Below are positions 12,913 through 25,012 of a stretch of DNA of 50,512 nucleotides, piece after piece. This stretch comes from an uncultured Methylophilaceae bacterium (GTDB taxonomy: Bacteria > Pseudomonadota > Gammaproteobacteria > Burkholderiales > Methylophilaceae): the NCBI GenBank assembly GCA_903849185.1, contig CAINIH010000048.1, positions 1-50,512 on the forward strand, in the 5' to 3' direction. The notes beneath the pieces were generated by a model. It made no database searches and was not told the origin of the DNA. It saw only the letters and a list, made by a program, of their open reading frames with translations. The number at the start of each line of letters is the position of its first letter. The stretch's first letter is position 1. The position numbers and the translations under genes are program-made.

Positions 12913-13992
12913 ATGAAACCTTCCATGCAAAAAAAATTAGCGGCATTAAGTGATCGTATACAAGAACTCAATACTTTATTAAGTTCTGAATCCATTACGA
13001 ATGACATGGATCAATATCGCAAGATTACTAAAGAGCATTCTGATATCACGCCTATCGTGGATGAATATTTAGCTTATAAAAAAAATGAAGATAATTTAAA
13101 TGAAGCGCAGGCGATGCTTTCAGATCCTGAGATGAAAGAATTTGCGCAAGAAGAAATTGAGCAATGCAAATTAAAACTGGTCACCATTGAGGATAATTTA
13201 CAAAAATTATTACTCCCTAAAGATCCCAATGATGAAAAAAATATTTTCTTAGAAATTCGTGCGGGGACGGGTGGAGATGAATCCGCTTTATTTGCCGGCG
13301 ATTTATTTAGAATGTATTCAAGATATACAGAACGCCAAGGTTGGAAAATGGAAATTGTGTCATCGAGTGAATCTGAAGTAGGTGGCTACAAAGAAATCAT
13401 CATGAAAATTATTGGGCATGGTGCTTATTCAAAATTAAAATTTGAATCAGGTGGTCATCGTGTGCAACGTGTGCCTGATACAGAAACGCAAGGTCGCATT
13501 CATACTTCTGCTTGTACTGTGGCGGTCTTACCTGAAGCAGATGAAATTAGTGATGTCATTATTAATCCTGCTGAAATTAGATTAGATACTTACCGCGCAT
13601 CTGGTGCGGGTGGTCAACATATTAATAAAACGGATTCAGCTGTTCGCATTACTCACTTGCCTACAGGTATTGTGGTGGAATGTCAGGATGATAGATCACA
13701 ACATCGCAACAAAGCACAAGCGATGAGCGTCTTAGCAGCGCGTATTCGTGATGCACAAATTCGTGAACAACAATCTAAATTAGCATCCGATCGAAGATCT
13801 CTCATTGGTAGTGGAGATCGTAGTGAACGCATTCGCACATACAACTATCCTCAAGGTCGTATTACGGATCATCGTATTAATTTAACGCTTTATAAAATAG
13901 AAGCGATTACCGATGGCGATATGGAAGAACTCATCAATGCATTATCTAATGAGCACCAAGCTGATCTTCTTGCAGGTTTTGCAGAGGATTAA
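12913..13992 (+). CDS. prfA: Peptide chain release factor 1
   Basis: PxT (VPDT) motif, GAGGQ; hemA-prfA-prmC synteny. Confidence 0.97.
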   Translation: MKPSMQKKLAALSDRIQELNTLLSSESITNDMDQYRKITKEHSDITPIVDEYLAYKKNEDNLNEAQAMLSDPEMKEFAQEEIEQCKLKLVTIEDNLQKLLLPKDPNDEKNIFLEIRAGTGGDESALFAGDLFRMYSRYTERQGWKMEIVSSSESEVGGYKEIIMKIIGHGAYSKLKFESGGHRVQRVPDTETQGRIHTSACTVAVLPEADEISDVIINPAEIRLDTYRASGAGGQHINKTDSAVRITHLPTGIVVECQDDRSQHRNKAQAMSVLAARIRDAQIREQQSKLASDRRSLIGSGDRSERIRTYNYPQGRITDHRINLTLYKIEAITDGDMEELINALSNEHQADLLAGFAED

Positions 13993-13995
13993 AAT

Positions 13996-14850
13996 GTGGC
14001 AACCCTTCGTGATGTATTAAAAAATACTGAAAGCATGCTTCATCAACATATTGCTTATTCATTAGATGAAGCAAAACTCGAAGCTCGTTTTATTCTGGAA
14101 TATGTCTTAAAGATTAACCAAAAAGAAATGATTCAAGAAAATGGCCGACTTCTAGATGGAGAAGATCAAGCGCAAATTCAAAGCATCACGGACAAAAGAA
14201 TATCTGGTATCCCACTTCCATACCTTTTAGGTGAATGGTCTTTTTATGGAAGAACATTTAAAGTCAATCGGAATGTGCTTATTCCGAGAGCGGATACTGA
14301 AATACTCATTGAAAAAGTGCTCTCAAAAATAAATAAGCGCGACGCATTCAATATACTCGATTTAGGATGTGGGACCGGCATTATTGGTATCACATTAGCC
14401 CTTGAAAGACCGCTTTCAAAAGTGATGCTCATTGATCAATCTGAAGATGCTTTAAAAAATACAAAAGAAAACCTTGCGCTTCATCAAGCGCCCAATATAA
14501 CCATTCAAAAAAGTGATTGGTTTGGTACTTTAGCCAAAACAAAATTTGATGTCATTGTAAGTAACCCGCCTTATCTAGAAGACAATGATCCTCACTTATT
14601 AGAAGATTTAAAATATGAGCCTATCCATGCGCTGACCTCAGGACCAACTGGAATGACAGCGATAGCACATATTATTGAAAATGCTAAAAATCATATGAAT
14701 AGAGATGCCTGGCTTTTTATTGAGCATGGGTACAATCAAGCCGAAATCGCAAAAGATTTATTTGAAAAAAATGGCTATCAACATATTGAACATGCCAAAG
14801 ATATTCATGGTATTCATCGTGTCACTTTCGGGCAATATTCAATAGTATAA
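13996..14850 (+). CDS. prmC: Release factor glutamine methyltransferase
   Basis: [20 protein letters not shown]; GTG start. Confidence 0.95.
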   Translation: MATLRDVLKNTESMLHQHIAYSLDEAKLEARFILEYVLKINQKEMIQENGRLLDGEDQAQIQSITDKRISGIPLPYLLGEWSFYGRTFKVNRNVLIPRADTEILIEKVLSKINKRDAFNILDLGCGTGIIGITLALERPLSKVMLIDQSEDALKNTKENLALHQAPNITIQKSDWFGTLAKTKFDVIVSNPPYLEDNDPHLLEDLKYEPIHALTSGPTGMTAIAHIIENAKNHMNRDAWLFIEHGYNQAEIAKDLFEKNGYQHIEHAKDIHGIHRVTFGQYSIV

Positions 14851-14851
14851 T
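14846..14851 (+). promoter_or_regulatory. Putative -10 for a leaderless metX transcript
   Basis: TATAAT 7 nt before ATG 14859; no SD. Confidence 0.45.
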
Positions 14852-14858
14852 CGTCACC

Positions 14859-15992
14859 ATGAGTGAAAAAAATTCAGTCGGTCTTGTCAAAGCAAAGCTT
14901 GCGCAATTTACAAAACCACTTAAATTAACGAGCGGTAAAAAATTACCGAGCTATGAGCTCGCCTATGAAACATACGGCAAATTAAACGTTAAAAAAAATA
15001 ATGCAGTACTTGTATGTCATGCATTGTCTGGCAACCATCATGTTGCGGGACGTTATAAAAAAGATGATAAATATCCAGGCTGGTGGGATAACCTCATTGG
15101 TCCTGGGCGACCACTTGATACCAACCGCTTCTTTGTCATTGGCGTGAATAATCTAGGCGGCTGCCACGGCAGTAGCGGATCTAAAAGCATCAACCCTAAA
15201 ACAAAAAAACCATGGGGCTCTGATTTTCCAATTGTCACTGTGGAAGATTGGGTCAATGCTCAAGCAGCACTCATGGATCAATTAGGTATTGAAAGCTTAG
15301 CCGCTGTGATTGGTGGAAGCTTAGGTGGCATGCAAGCGATTCAATGGACACTTTCTTATCCTAAACGCGCGCGTCATGCCATTGTGATTGCAGCAGCACC
15401 TAATCTTACTGCGCAAAATGTTGCTTTTAATGAAGTTGCAAGACAAGCGATTATTACTGATCCTGATTTTTATAATGGGGACTATTACCGCTTTAAAAAG
15501 AAACCTAAGCGCGGACTTCGTATTGCCAGAATGTTAGGCCATATTACTTATCTATCCGATGATGCCATGGGAATGAAATTTGGTCGTAAACTTAAAAATA
15601 AAAATATTGAATATTCTTTTGATGTGAATTTTGAAATGGAATCTTATTTACATCATCAAGGTGATAAATTTGCCGAAGAATTTGATGCGAATACCTATTT
15701 AAGAATGACGCGTGCACTTGATTATTTTGATCCCGCAAAAGATTATCAAGGTAATTTATCTAAAGCATTTAAAAAAGTAGAAGCTGAATTTTTAGTGGTT
15801 TCATTTACGAGTGATTGGCGATTCTCCCCTCAACGCTCAAAAGAAATTGTGAAAGCACTTCTAGATAATGAATTGACAGTCAGTTATGCCGAAGTCACCG
15901 CACAACATGGACATGACGCTTTCCTCATGTCTGATCCTCATTATCACGGTATTCTCACAACATACTTTAAAAAGATTGCGAATCAATTATGA
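14859..15992 (+). CDS. metX: Homoserine O-acyltransferase (MetX family, acetyl vs succinyl specificity unresolved)
   Basis: [15 protein letters not shown] nucleophile, SDWRF, GHDAFL; followed by metW. Confidence 0.94.
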   Translation: MSEKNSVGLVKAKLAQFTKPLKLTSGKKLPSYELAYETYGKLNVKKNNAVLVCHALSGNHHVAGRYKKDDKYPGWWDNLIGPGRPLDTNRFFVIGVNNLGGCHGSSGSKSINPKTKKPWGSDFPIVTVEDWVNAQAALMDQLGIESLAAVIGGSLGGMQAIQWTLSYPKRARHAIVIAAAPNLTAQNVAFNEVARQAIITDPDFYNGDYYRFKKKPKRGLRIARMLGHITYLSDDAMGMKFGRKLKNKNIEYSFDVNFEMESYLHHQGDKFAEEFDANTYLRMTRALDYFDPAKDYQGNLSKAFKKVEAEFLVVSFTSDWRFSPQRSKEIVKALLDNELTVSYAEVTAQHGHDAFLMSDPHYHGILTTYFKKIANQL

Positions 15993-16579
15993 GCGCACAA
16001 TTTAGACAAGACTTTGCGGTCATTGCCAATTGGATTCCATTTGGTGCCAAAGTGCTCGACTTAGGTTGTGAAGATGGATCGCTTTTAAAATTCCTAGAAG
16101 GCTCTTTAGAAGTTAAAGGGTATGGCATTGAAAAAGATGATGCTCATTGGCTTAATACTTTAAAACAAGGCTTAAACGTGATTCAAATGGACTTGGAAGC
16201 AGGGCTCTCTGGCTTTGAATCTCAATCGTTTGATGTTGTCGTTTTATCTCAAACATTACAAGCGATGCATAACACTGAAAAAATTGTGCATGAAATGTTA
16301 AGGGTCGGCAAAGAAGCGATTGTCACGTTTCCTAACTTTGGCTATTGGCGACACCGCATTCAACTGATGAAAGGTCAAATGCCTGTTTCTAAAACTTTGC
16401 CTTACGAATGGTATAACACACCTAATATCCACTTATGTACGATTAAAGACTTTGATGAGTTTTGTATTAAAAATAAAATTGGTGTGAAAGAACGCCTCAT
16501 CCTGACGAAAGGCAAACCTATTCATGTGATGCCAAATCTCATGGGTGCATTAGCGATGTATCGTCTCGTTTCAAAATAA
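15989..16579 (+). CDS. metW: Methionine biosynthesis protein MetW
   Basis: [26 protein letters not shown]; ATGA overlap with metX. Confidence 0.93.
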   Translation: MSAQFRQDFAVIANWIPFGAKVLDLGCEDGSLLKFLEGSLEVKGYGIEKDDAHWLNTLKQGLNVIQMDLEAGLSGFESQSFDVVVLSQTLQAMHNTEKIVHEMLRVGKEAIVTFPNFGYWRHRIQLMKGQMPVSKTLPYEWYNTPNIHLCTIKDFDEFCIKNKIGVKERLILTKGKPIHVMPNLMGALAMYRLVSK

Positions 16580-16585
16580 TCTTTG

Positions 16586-17815
16586 ATGCAACTTCGGAAT
16601 CGATTCTGGCAAGACATCTTTTCCAAAAAAATGTTGGTATGTATTTTTACTGGATTTAGTTCAGGTCTTCCCCTTTATATTCTGATCAGTTTACTGCCGG
16701 CATGGTTAAGATCCCATCAGTTGGATTTAAAAGCCATTGGATTATTTGCACTCATTCAACTCCCCTATACATGGAAGTTTCTTTGGGCACCTTTCTTTGA
16801 TCGATTCACTTGGGTAATGGGTCGACGTCGCGGATGGTTATTCTTTTTTCAATGTTTACTTTTAATAAGCATTCCCTTATTAGGTTTTTATAATCCTGAA
16901 ACCGATCTCACGATGGTTGTTTTAATTGCATCGTTGATTGCTTTTTTAAGTGCAAGTCAGGATGTAGTGATTGATGCTTATCGACGTGAACTTTTACTTG
17001 ATAAAGAATTAGGGTTAGGTAATGCCATTCATGTGAATGCATATAAAATTGCGAGTCTGGTTCCAGGATCTTTATCTCTCATCTTGGCAGATCATATGGA
17101 CTGGCAAAGGGTATTCATCATTACAAGTCTCTTTATGTTGCCAGGACTTCTTTTAACATGTCTCATTAAAGAACCCAAAGTACTCAAAATAAAAAAACAA
17201 GATTTAACCACTTCACTCCTTTTACCTTTTCAAGAATTTATAGGTCGGCATGGCTTAAAAAGCGCTTTAACCATTCTTCTTTTTATTTTCTTTTATAAAT
17301 TGGGGGATAGTATGGCGACCGCTTTAGCGACGCCTTTTTATTTAGATTTGGGATTTAGTAAAACTGAAATTGGTTTAATCGCAAAAAATGCAGGCTTATG
17401 GCCAAGTGTCATTGGTGGACTTTTAGGTGGCATTTGGATGATGAAAATGGGCATCAACCGAGCTTTATGGTTTTTTGGTTTTCTTCAAATGATTAGTATT
17501 TTAGGTTTTGCATGGCTCGCTCATATAGGTTACAGCCCAGAATGGCTAGCCCTTGTCGTAGGCTTTGAAGCTTTTGGTGTAGGTTTAGGGACGACAGCTT
17601 TTGTGGCTTTCATTGCCAAAACGACGCATCCACTTTATACCGCAACACAGTTTGCGCTTTTCACAAGTTTGGCAGCGATTCCTCGAACACTTGTAAATGC
17701 ATCGACAGGCTATCTACAAAATATTTTTGGTTGGGAGCATTTTTTTATACTTTGCTTCTTCCTTGCGATCCCTGGCATGGCTTTACTTTACAAAATCGCA
17801 CCGATTAAAAATTAA
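16586..17815 (+). CDS. ampG: AmpG family muropeptide MFS permease
   Basis: GFSSGLP, PYTWKFLWAP, GRRRGW, SASQDVVIDAYR, YKLGD, TATQFAL. Confidence 0.92.
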   Translation: MQLRNRFWQDIFSKKMLVCIFTGFSSGLPLYILISLLPAWLRSHQLDLKAIGLFALIQLPYTWKFLWAPFFDRFTWVMGRRRGWLFFFQCLLLISIPLLGFYNPETDLTMVVLIASLIAFLSASQDVVIDAYRRELLLDKELGLGNAIHVNAYKIASLVPGSLSLILADHMDWQRVFIITSLFMLPGLLLTCLIKEPKVLKIKKQDLTTSLLLPFQEFIGRHGLKSALTILLFIFFYKLGDSMATALATPFYLDLGFSKTEIGLIAKNAGLWPSVIGGLLGGIWMMKMGINRALWFFGFLQMISILGFAWLAHIGYSPEWLALVVGFEAFGVGLGTTAFVAFIAKTTHPLYTATQFALFTSLAAIPRTLVNASTGYLQNIFGWEHFFILCFFLAIPGMALLYKIAPIKN

Positions 17816-18585
17816 AGCTTATAGTCAATAATAAGTGGTGCGTGATCGCTAAATTTTTCATCTTTGTAAATGGAAGCTTTTACAATCTGATCTTCTAAAG
17901 AAGGGTGTGCAATTTGATAGTCAAGACGCCATCCAACATTCTTAGCATAGGCTTCACCTCGATTACTCCACCAAGTATAAGAAGCATCTGTCGTATCAGG
18001 ATAAAGCTTACGGTAGGTATCTACCCAGCCTACACCTTCAAATAAATCCGTCATCCATTGACGCTCTTCAGGCAGAAAACCTGAATTTTTTTTATTACCT
18101 TTATAGTTTTTTAAATCAATTTCTTTATGTGCAATATTGATATCTCCACAAAGAATCATCGGCAAATTTTCTGACCTACGTTTTTTTAAATAAGGTAATA
18201 AATAATTCAAGACTTCGAATTTAAATATTTGTCGTTCTTCACCACTTGAACCTGAAGGTAAGTAAATTGAAACCACACTTAAATTGTCATACATAAGTTC
18301 GAGATAGCGGCCCTCAGAATCAAAAAGTGGGAGACCTATTTCTCGAATAATTTTTATAGGTTTTCTTTTAGTATAAATACCGACTCCGCTATAACCTTTT
18401 TTTTCTGCAAAACTAAAATAGCTCGTATAGTCGCCATATTGTTTCATGTCGTCAGTTAAATCACTTTCGTGTGCTTTGACTTCTTGCACACAAATAAAAT
18501 CTGCTGCTTGTGAATCAAGCCATGAAAAAACGCCTTTATTAGAGGCGGATCGAATTCCATTCATGTTTAGCGTTATAATTCTCAT
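17812..18585 (-). CDS. xth: Exodeoxyribonuclease III
   Basis: NMNGIRS, QEVK, GYSGV, GDINIAH, YTWW, GWRLDY, SDHAP. Confidence 0.94.
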   Translation of the reverse strand: MRIITLNMNGIRSASNKGVFSWLDSQAADFICVQEVKAHESDLTDDMKQYGDYTSYFSFAEKKGYSGVGIYTKRKPIKIIREIGLPLFDSEGRYLELMYDNLSVVSIYLPSGSSGEERQIFKFEVLNYLLPYLKKRRSENLPMILCGDINIAHKEIDLKNYKGNKKNSGFLPEERQWMTDLFEGVGWVDTYRKLYPDTTDASYTWWSNRGEAYAKNVGWRLDYQIAHPSLEDQIVKASIYKDEKFSDHAPLIIDYKL

Positions 18586-18608
18586 AATTCATCTCTACCG
18601 ATTTATCT

Positions 18609-19253
18609 ATGGATCATTCAAGTCAAGAGTTTATCGAATTTGCCCTAAAAAAACAGGTTTTACAGTTTGGTCAATTTAAAACAAAAGCTGGTCGCTTAAG
18701 TCCTTACTTTTTTAATACAGGTCTTTTTAATGACGGTGAGAGCCTAATGAAGCTCGGTATGTTTTACGCTAAATCGATTGAAAGCTCCAACATTCCCTTT
18801 GATATGCTTTATGGTCCCGCTTATAAAGGTATTCCTTTGGTCACATCGATTGTGATTGCTTTTGCGAGTCTAGGTCGCAATGTACCTTTCGCATTCAATC
18901 GCAAAGAAAAAAAAGATCATGGGGAAGGTGGTGTCATTATTGGAACGCCATTAAAAGGACGCGTGCTTATTGTTGATGATGTCATCTCTGCAGGCACTTC
19001 GGTGAATGAATCCGTGAATCTTATTTTAGAAGAAGGGGCTCAACCATCAGGTATTGCGATTTCGATTGATCGAGAAGAAAAAGGTAGTGGAGCACTTTCA
19101 GCTGTTGAAGAAATTAAAGCAACGCATCATTTACCTGTCTGCCATCTCACTTCTTTAAAAGAAATTATGCGCTATATCGAATCAAATACAACTTACACAT
19201 CCCATATGGATGCGATGCGCGCTTATCAAAAAGAATACGGGATTAAAACTTAA
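18609..19253 (+). CDS. pyrE: Orotate phosphoribosyltransferase
   Basis: [40 protein letters not shown]. Confidence 0.97.
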   Translation: MDHSSQEFIEFALKKQVLQFGQFKTKAGRLSPYFFNTGLFNDGESLMKLGMFYAKSIESSNIPFDMLYGPAYKGIPLVTSIVIAFASLGRNVPFAFNRKEKKDHGEGGVIIGTPLKGRVLIVDDVISAGTSVNESVNLILEEGAQPSGIAISIDREEKGSGALSAVEEIKATHHLPVCHLTSLKEIMRYIESNTTYTSHMDAMRAYQKEYGIKT

Positions 19254-20679
19254 CTAATTTCTGACGAAGAAGTTCGTTGACCTGACCTGGGTTGGCTTTA
19301 CCTTTAGAAGCTTTCATAATTTGACCTACCAATGCATTAAACGCTTTTTCTTTACCTGATCGATACTCATCCACCATCGCTTGATTATTCTTTAAAACTT
19401 CATCAATCATCGTTTCAATAAGTCCGCTATCTGAAACTTGTTTTAATCCTTCAGATTCAATCAACGTATCAATCTCAAGTTCTGGATTCACCCATAATTT
19501 TTCAAAAAGTTGCTTAGCGCCATTATTTGAAATCGTGCCATCTTGAATACGTTTTAAAAGTAAGCTTAAGACAGCAGGTTTTATAGATGAATTTTCAATG
19601 GATAAATTATGCTCATTCAATTTAGAGAATAATTGGCCTAAGATCCAATTTGCAATTTGCTTAGGTTCAGCGCCTTCTTTTAAGGTAGCAAAAAAATAAT
19701 CCGCGACATGTTTATCACTTGTAATACCTGCGGCATCATATGATGACAATTGGTAATCATGCTCTAATCTCGCCTTCATAAGATGGGGCAATTCGGTCAT
19801 GCTTTCTTTAATCTCTCTAATTTTTTCATCAGTAATTTCTAATGGCAAAAGATCAGGATCTGGGAAATAGCGGTAATCATTCGCTTCTTCTTTAGAGCGC
19901 ATCGCTTTTGTTTCGCCTGTTTCAGGATTAAAGAGGACGGTGGCTTGCTGAATCGCTTTACCTTCTTCTAGCATTTCAATTTGCCATTGCGTTTCATAAT
20001 AAATGGCTTGTTCAATAAATTTAAATGAATTTAAATTTTTAATTTCGCGACGTGTACCTAATTTACTTTCACCCTTGCGCTTTACTGAAACGTTAATGTC
20101 GCAACGAAAACTTCCTTCTTGCATATTGCCATCACAAATACCAATCCATTGAACAAGTTCATGTAATTTTTTTGCATAAGCGACTGCTTCAGAAGCTGAA
20201 GTCATATCTGGCTCAGACACAATTTCTAAAAGTGGCGTGCCTGCACGATTCAAATCAATGCCAGTGCCATTTTCAACCGCACCATGTGATGATTTTCCAG
20301 CGTCTTCTTCTAAGTGCGCACGTGTAATACGTACTGTTTTTTTAATATCACCTATTTCAATTTCAAGTGATCCTTTACCCACCACTGGTAATTCATATTG
20401 GCTGATTTGATAGCCTTTAGGTAAATCAGGATAAAAATAATTTTTACGTGCAAAAATAGATCGCGGCGCTATCTCAGCATTTGTAGCTAATCCAAATTTA
20501 ATAGCGCATTGCACAGCTTCATAATTTAAAACCGGAAGTGTCCCTGGAAGGGCAATCGATAATACGCAGGCTTGTGTATTAGGCTCTGCGCCAAATGCAG
20601 TGGATGCACCTGAAAAAATTTTAGTTTTGGTTTGAAGTTGCACGTGCGTTTCAATACCAATCACGACATCCCAACTCAT
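19243..20679 (-). CDS. gatB: Asp/Glu-tRNA amidotransferase subunit B
   Basis: [45 protein letters not shown]. Confidence 0.97.
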   Translation of the reverse strand: MSWDVVIGIETHVQLQTKTKIFSGASTAFGAEPNTQACVLSIALPGTLPVLNYEAVQCAIKFGLATNAEIAPRSIFARKNYFYPDLPKGYQISQYELPVVGKGSLEIEIGDIKKTVRITRAHLEEDAGKSSHGAVENGTGIDLNRAGTPLLEIVSEPDMTSASEAVAYAKKLHELVQWIGICDGNMQEGSFRCDINVSVKRKGESKLGTRREIKNLNSFKFIEQAIYYETQWQIEMLEEGKAIQQATVLFNPETGETKAMRSKEEANDYRYFPDPDLLPLEITDEKIREIKESMTELPHLMKARLEHDYQLSSYDAAGITSDKHVADYFFATLKEGAEPKQIANWILGQLFSKLNEHNLSIENSSIKPAVLSLLLKRIQDGTISNNGAKQLFEKLWVNPELEIDTLIESEGLKQVSDSGLIETMIDEVLKNNQAMVDEYRSGKEKAFNALVGQIMKASKGKANPGQVNELLRQKLVKF

Positions 20680-22133
20680 GAGAGCGCTCCTTCAGGAATA
20701 GCTTTATGCCAATCGGTCGCTTTTTGAAATTGATGCGCCACATTTAATATTCGCGCTTCATCAAAATAATTACCAATGATTTGTAAACCTACTGGAAGTT
20801 TATTTACAAAGCCTGCTGGAATACTCATGCCTGGTAAACCTGCAAGATTAGTTGCAATCGTATAAATATCTTGTAAATACATCGTGACTGGATCATCAAT
20901 TTTTTCATTCGCTTTAAAAGCGGTCGATGGTGCAGTAGGTCCCATGATCACATCGCAAGCTTGAAAAGCCTTTTTAAAATCTTCAGAAATCAAATGACGT
21001 ATTTGTTGTGCTTTTAAATAATATGCATCGTAATAACCCGCACTCAATACATAAGTACCAATGAGGATACGTCGCTTCACTTCTTCGCCAAATCCCTCTT
21101 GACGCGTTTTGCAATACATATCCATGAGGTCATCATATTGACTTGTGCGATGCCCATAACGCACACCATCATATCGAGATAAATTACTCGAAGCTTCAGC
21201 GGGAGCTAAAACATAATAAACAGGAATCGATAAATTGGTATTGGGCAAACTCACATCCACAATCGTGGCGCCTAGTTTTTTGTATTGGTCAATGGCAGCT
21301 TCAATGACTTTTGCAACGTCGCTATCTAAACCTTCTGCAAAGTATTCTTTAGGCAATCCAATTTTTAAACCTTCGATCGGCTGATCAATATTTTTTGTGT
21401 AGTCTTCTTTTTTGTGATCAATCGATGTGGAGTCTTTAGGGTCAAAACCTGCCATGACATTCATCATCATGGCGCAATCTTCAGATGATTTTGCCATGGG
21501 CCCTGCTTGATCTAAGCTTGATGCAAAAGCGATCATGCCATAGCGAGAGACTAAACCATAAGTCGGTTTTAAACCTGTCAGTCCGCATAAAGAGGCTGGC
21601 TGCCTAATAGAGCCCCCAGTATCAGTGGCTGTAGCGCCTGGACACATGCGCGCTGCAATAGCCGCGGCACTCCCTCCTGAGCTGCCTCCTGGCACGCGCG
21701 TCAGGTCCCAAGGATTTTTAACTCCGCCAAAATAAGATGTTTCATTGGATGAACCCATAGCGAATTCATCCATATTGGTTTTACCTAAATTCACAGCACC
21801 TACTTCATTAAATTTCTTTACAACGGTTGCGTCATAGGGTGCTACAAAGTTATGGAGCATTTTGGAACCACATGTCGTGAGCCAATCTTCTGCACAAAAA
21901 ATATCTTTTTGCGCAATAGGGACACCTGTCAATACATCGCCTTCGCCTTTTTGAATGATTTGATCTGCAAGCTTAGCCTGATCTAAAGAACGACCTTCAT
22001 CCACGGTAATAAAAGCATTAATCTCGGGATTCTTTTTTTTGATGTGCTGAAGATAGTCAGTCGTAATTTCAACGCTTGATATTTTCTTTTCTCTCAAAAG
22101 ATTTGAGAGTTCTTTGATGCTCCAGTCTTTCAT
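20676..22133 (-). CDS. gatA: Asp/Glu-tRNA amidotransferase subunit A
   Basis: Amidase signature [30 protein letters not shown]. Confidence 0.97.
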   Translation of the reverse strand: MKDWSIKELSNLLREKKISSVEITTDYLQHIKKKNPEINAFITVDEGRSLDQAKLADQIIQKGEGDVLTGVPIAQKDIFCAEDWLTTCGSKMLHNFVAPYDATVVKKFNEVGAVNLGKTNMDEFAMGSSNETSYFGGVKNPWDLTRVPGGSSGGSAAAIAARMCPGATATDTGGSIRQPASLCGLTGLKPTYGLVSRYGMIAFASSLDQAGPMAKSSEDCAMMMNVMAGFDPKDSTSIDHKKEDYTKNIDQPIEGLKIGLPKEYFAEGLDSDVAKVIEAAIDQYKKLGATIVDVSLPNTNLSIPVYYVLAPAEASSNLSRYDGVRYGHRTSQYDDLMDMYCKTRQEGFGEEVKRRILIGTYVLSAGYYDAYYLKAQQIRHLISEDFKKAFQACDVIMGPTAPSTAFKANEKIDDPVTMYLQDIYTIATNLAGLPGMSIPAGFVNKLPVGLQIIGNYFDEARILNVAHQFQKATDWHKAIPEGALS

Positions 22134-22135
22134 GA

Positions 22136-22423
22136 TTATTCAATCACCTGAGGCACGATATATAAGCCATCACTCACTTCTGGCGCGATTTTTTGTAATT
22201 TTTCTCTTTGATTTGTTTCTGTCACAACATCATCACGCAGTCTTTGCGTAACTGATTGCGCATGCGACATCGGTGAAATATTGGTGGTATCCACCTTTTT
22301 CATGTCTTCAATCAGATTTAATATGCCGGATAATTTTTTAAGCGTTGCATCCGCTTCTTCTTCTGTGATTTTGATGCGTGCTAAATGAGCAATTTTTTTG
22401 ATTTCGTCATGCGTAATCGACAT
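22136..22423 (-). CDS. gatC: Asp/Glu-tRNA amidotransferase subunit C
   Basis: [19 protein letters not shown]; upstream of gatA. Confidence 0.95.
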   Translation of the reverse strand: MSITHDEIKKIAHLARIKITEEEADATLKKLSGILNLIEDMKKVDTTNISPMSHAQSVTQRLRDDVVTETNQREKLQKIAPEVSDGLYIVPQVIE

Positions 22424-22519
22424 ACAAATAGAATTCCTATTTTTCTAGATAAAAGCTGTTAATTTATTGATCAATATCATGTATTATACCCTGATTCTAT
22501 TGACCTTTCTTGGATTTGA

Positions 22520-23617
<1,098 letters not shown>

Positions 23618-23654
23618 TTTTTTGTTTTTTTACTTCATTAATAGTTAAAGCTTA

Positions 23655-24542
23655 ATGATTAAATCTCATCAACGTTCATCTAAGCTTTTTAATAAAGGCC
23701 CTTCACTTTTATCCAAATTGTTGTTGCTTACATTGGTATCCATTGTGTTAATGGGCGTCGATTTTCGTTTTCATTATTTAAAAAATATTAGACAAACAAC
23801 TAATGTGTTGACTAAGCCCTTTTATGCAGTTTTAAACTTGCCAAGTGATCTATACGACTTCACAACACAATATTTTTCCAATCAATCTCAATTAATTCAT
23901 GAAAATGAAACCCTAAAACTTGATATAGATCGATTAAAAGCCGATCTTCAGCGCTTGGATTTTGTAGATCAAGAAAATAATCAATTAAAAAATTTACTCG
24001 AAGTTAAAAATGCACGTAAATTTAAAACAGAAGCAGTCAGTATTATTTATTCACGCTTTGATCCTTTTAGCCAAAAAATTATTATTGATGGCGGTCAAAA
24101 TAAAAACTTTCAAGCAGGCCAGCCCGTTATCGATGCATTGGGTCTTCTAGGACAAATCAGCAATGTTTATCCTGAAACAAGCGAAGTGACACTTGTGATT
24201 GATAAGAGAATGTCTGTGCCTATTCAAATACAAAGAAATGGTTTGAGAGCGATTACAAATGGCAATGGTCAAAATGAAACAATCTCGCTTTCATATCTCC
24301 CAAATAGTGTCGATGTGATTAAAGGTGATATTTTAAAAACATCTGGTATTGATACAATCTACCCTGAGGGTATTGCCGTTGCAGAAGTATTAGAAATTTA
24401 CAATAACCCTAAATTACCTTTTGCAAAAATTATTTGTAAACCTATCTCAGCAATTCGCAGTCACAGTCACGTTCTTGTAGTAACGCCCGTTAATAAAATC
24501 GTCAATAATCTAGCCCCTACAAAAAATGATCAGAAAAAATAA
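23655..24542 (+). CDS. mreC: Rod shape-determining protein MreC
   Basis: N-terminal TM helix plus coiled coil, TSGIDTIYPEG; synteny. Confidence 0.92.
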   Translation: MIKSHQRSSKLFNKGPSLLSKLLLLTLVSIVLMGVDFRFHYLKNIRQTTNVLTKPFYAVLNLPSDLYDFTTQYFSNQSQLIHENETLKLDIDRLKADLQRLDFVDQENNQLKNLLEVKNARKFKTEAVSIIYSRFDPFSQKIIIDGGQNKNFQAGQPVIDALGLLGQISNVYPETSEVTLVIDKRMSVPIQIQRNGLRAITNGNGQNETISLSYLPNSVDVIKGDILKTSGIDTIYPEGIAVAEVLEIYNNPKLPFAKIICKPISAIRSHSHVLVVTPVNKIVNNLAPTKNDQKK

Positions 24543-24990
24543 ATCACTGATTATTTCTTTAGTCATCGCTGCAATGATGAATCTCATTCATATCAATATT
24601 TTTAATACTGATTTAACGCCTGATTTTATTTTGCTCACGCTCATATTTTGGTTCTTTAAAAACCCAAATGCTGTATCCATATCTTTATTTTGGTTTGTAG
24701 GTCTTGTAAACGACATTTTTATGGGTGATCTTTTAGGTCAATATGCGCTCACTTATGCGTCTTGTTATTTTATCGCGCAGTATTTCATAAACAAAATTAT
24801 GCTTAACAATAAACATCAGCAATTAGTTTATATTTTCTTCATATTTTTAATGGCTCAAATTATCATGTTGATCATTAACGTCACCCACGATCTCTATTAT
24901 CCAGGCCTCAGCTATTACTTTCAAAGTATCACGGCCGTTCTCATATGGCATGTACTCTCTAAATTTAAACTTTTTAAATTAGATCGCTAA
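24526..24990 (+). CDS. mreD: Rod shape-determining protein MreD
   Basis: Hydrophobic, PDFILL..FW, GLVND..LGQYAL; synteny. Confidence 0.9.
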   Translation: MIRKNKSLIISLVIAAMMNLIHINIFNTDLTPDFILLTLIFWFFKNPNAVSISLFWFVGLVNDIFMGDLLGQYALTYASCYFIAQYFINKIMLNNKHQQLVYIFFIFLMAQIIMLIINVTHDLYYPGLSYYFQSITAVLIWHVLSKFKLFKLDR

Positions 24991-25012
24991 AGACTTAAGC
25001 GCAACCCTTAAG

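Noticed and set aside
22465-22476. Palindrome TATTGATCAATA in the gatC/mreB gap as an FNR site
   Set aside because: It lacks the N4 spacer of TTGAT-N4-ATCAA, and a short AT-rich palindrome is plausible by chance.
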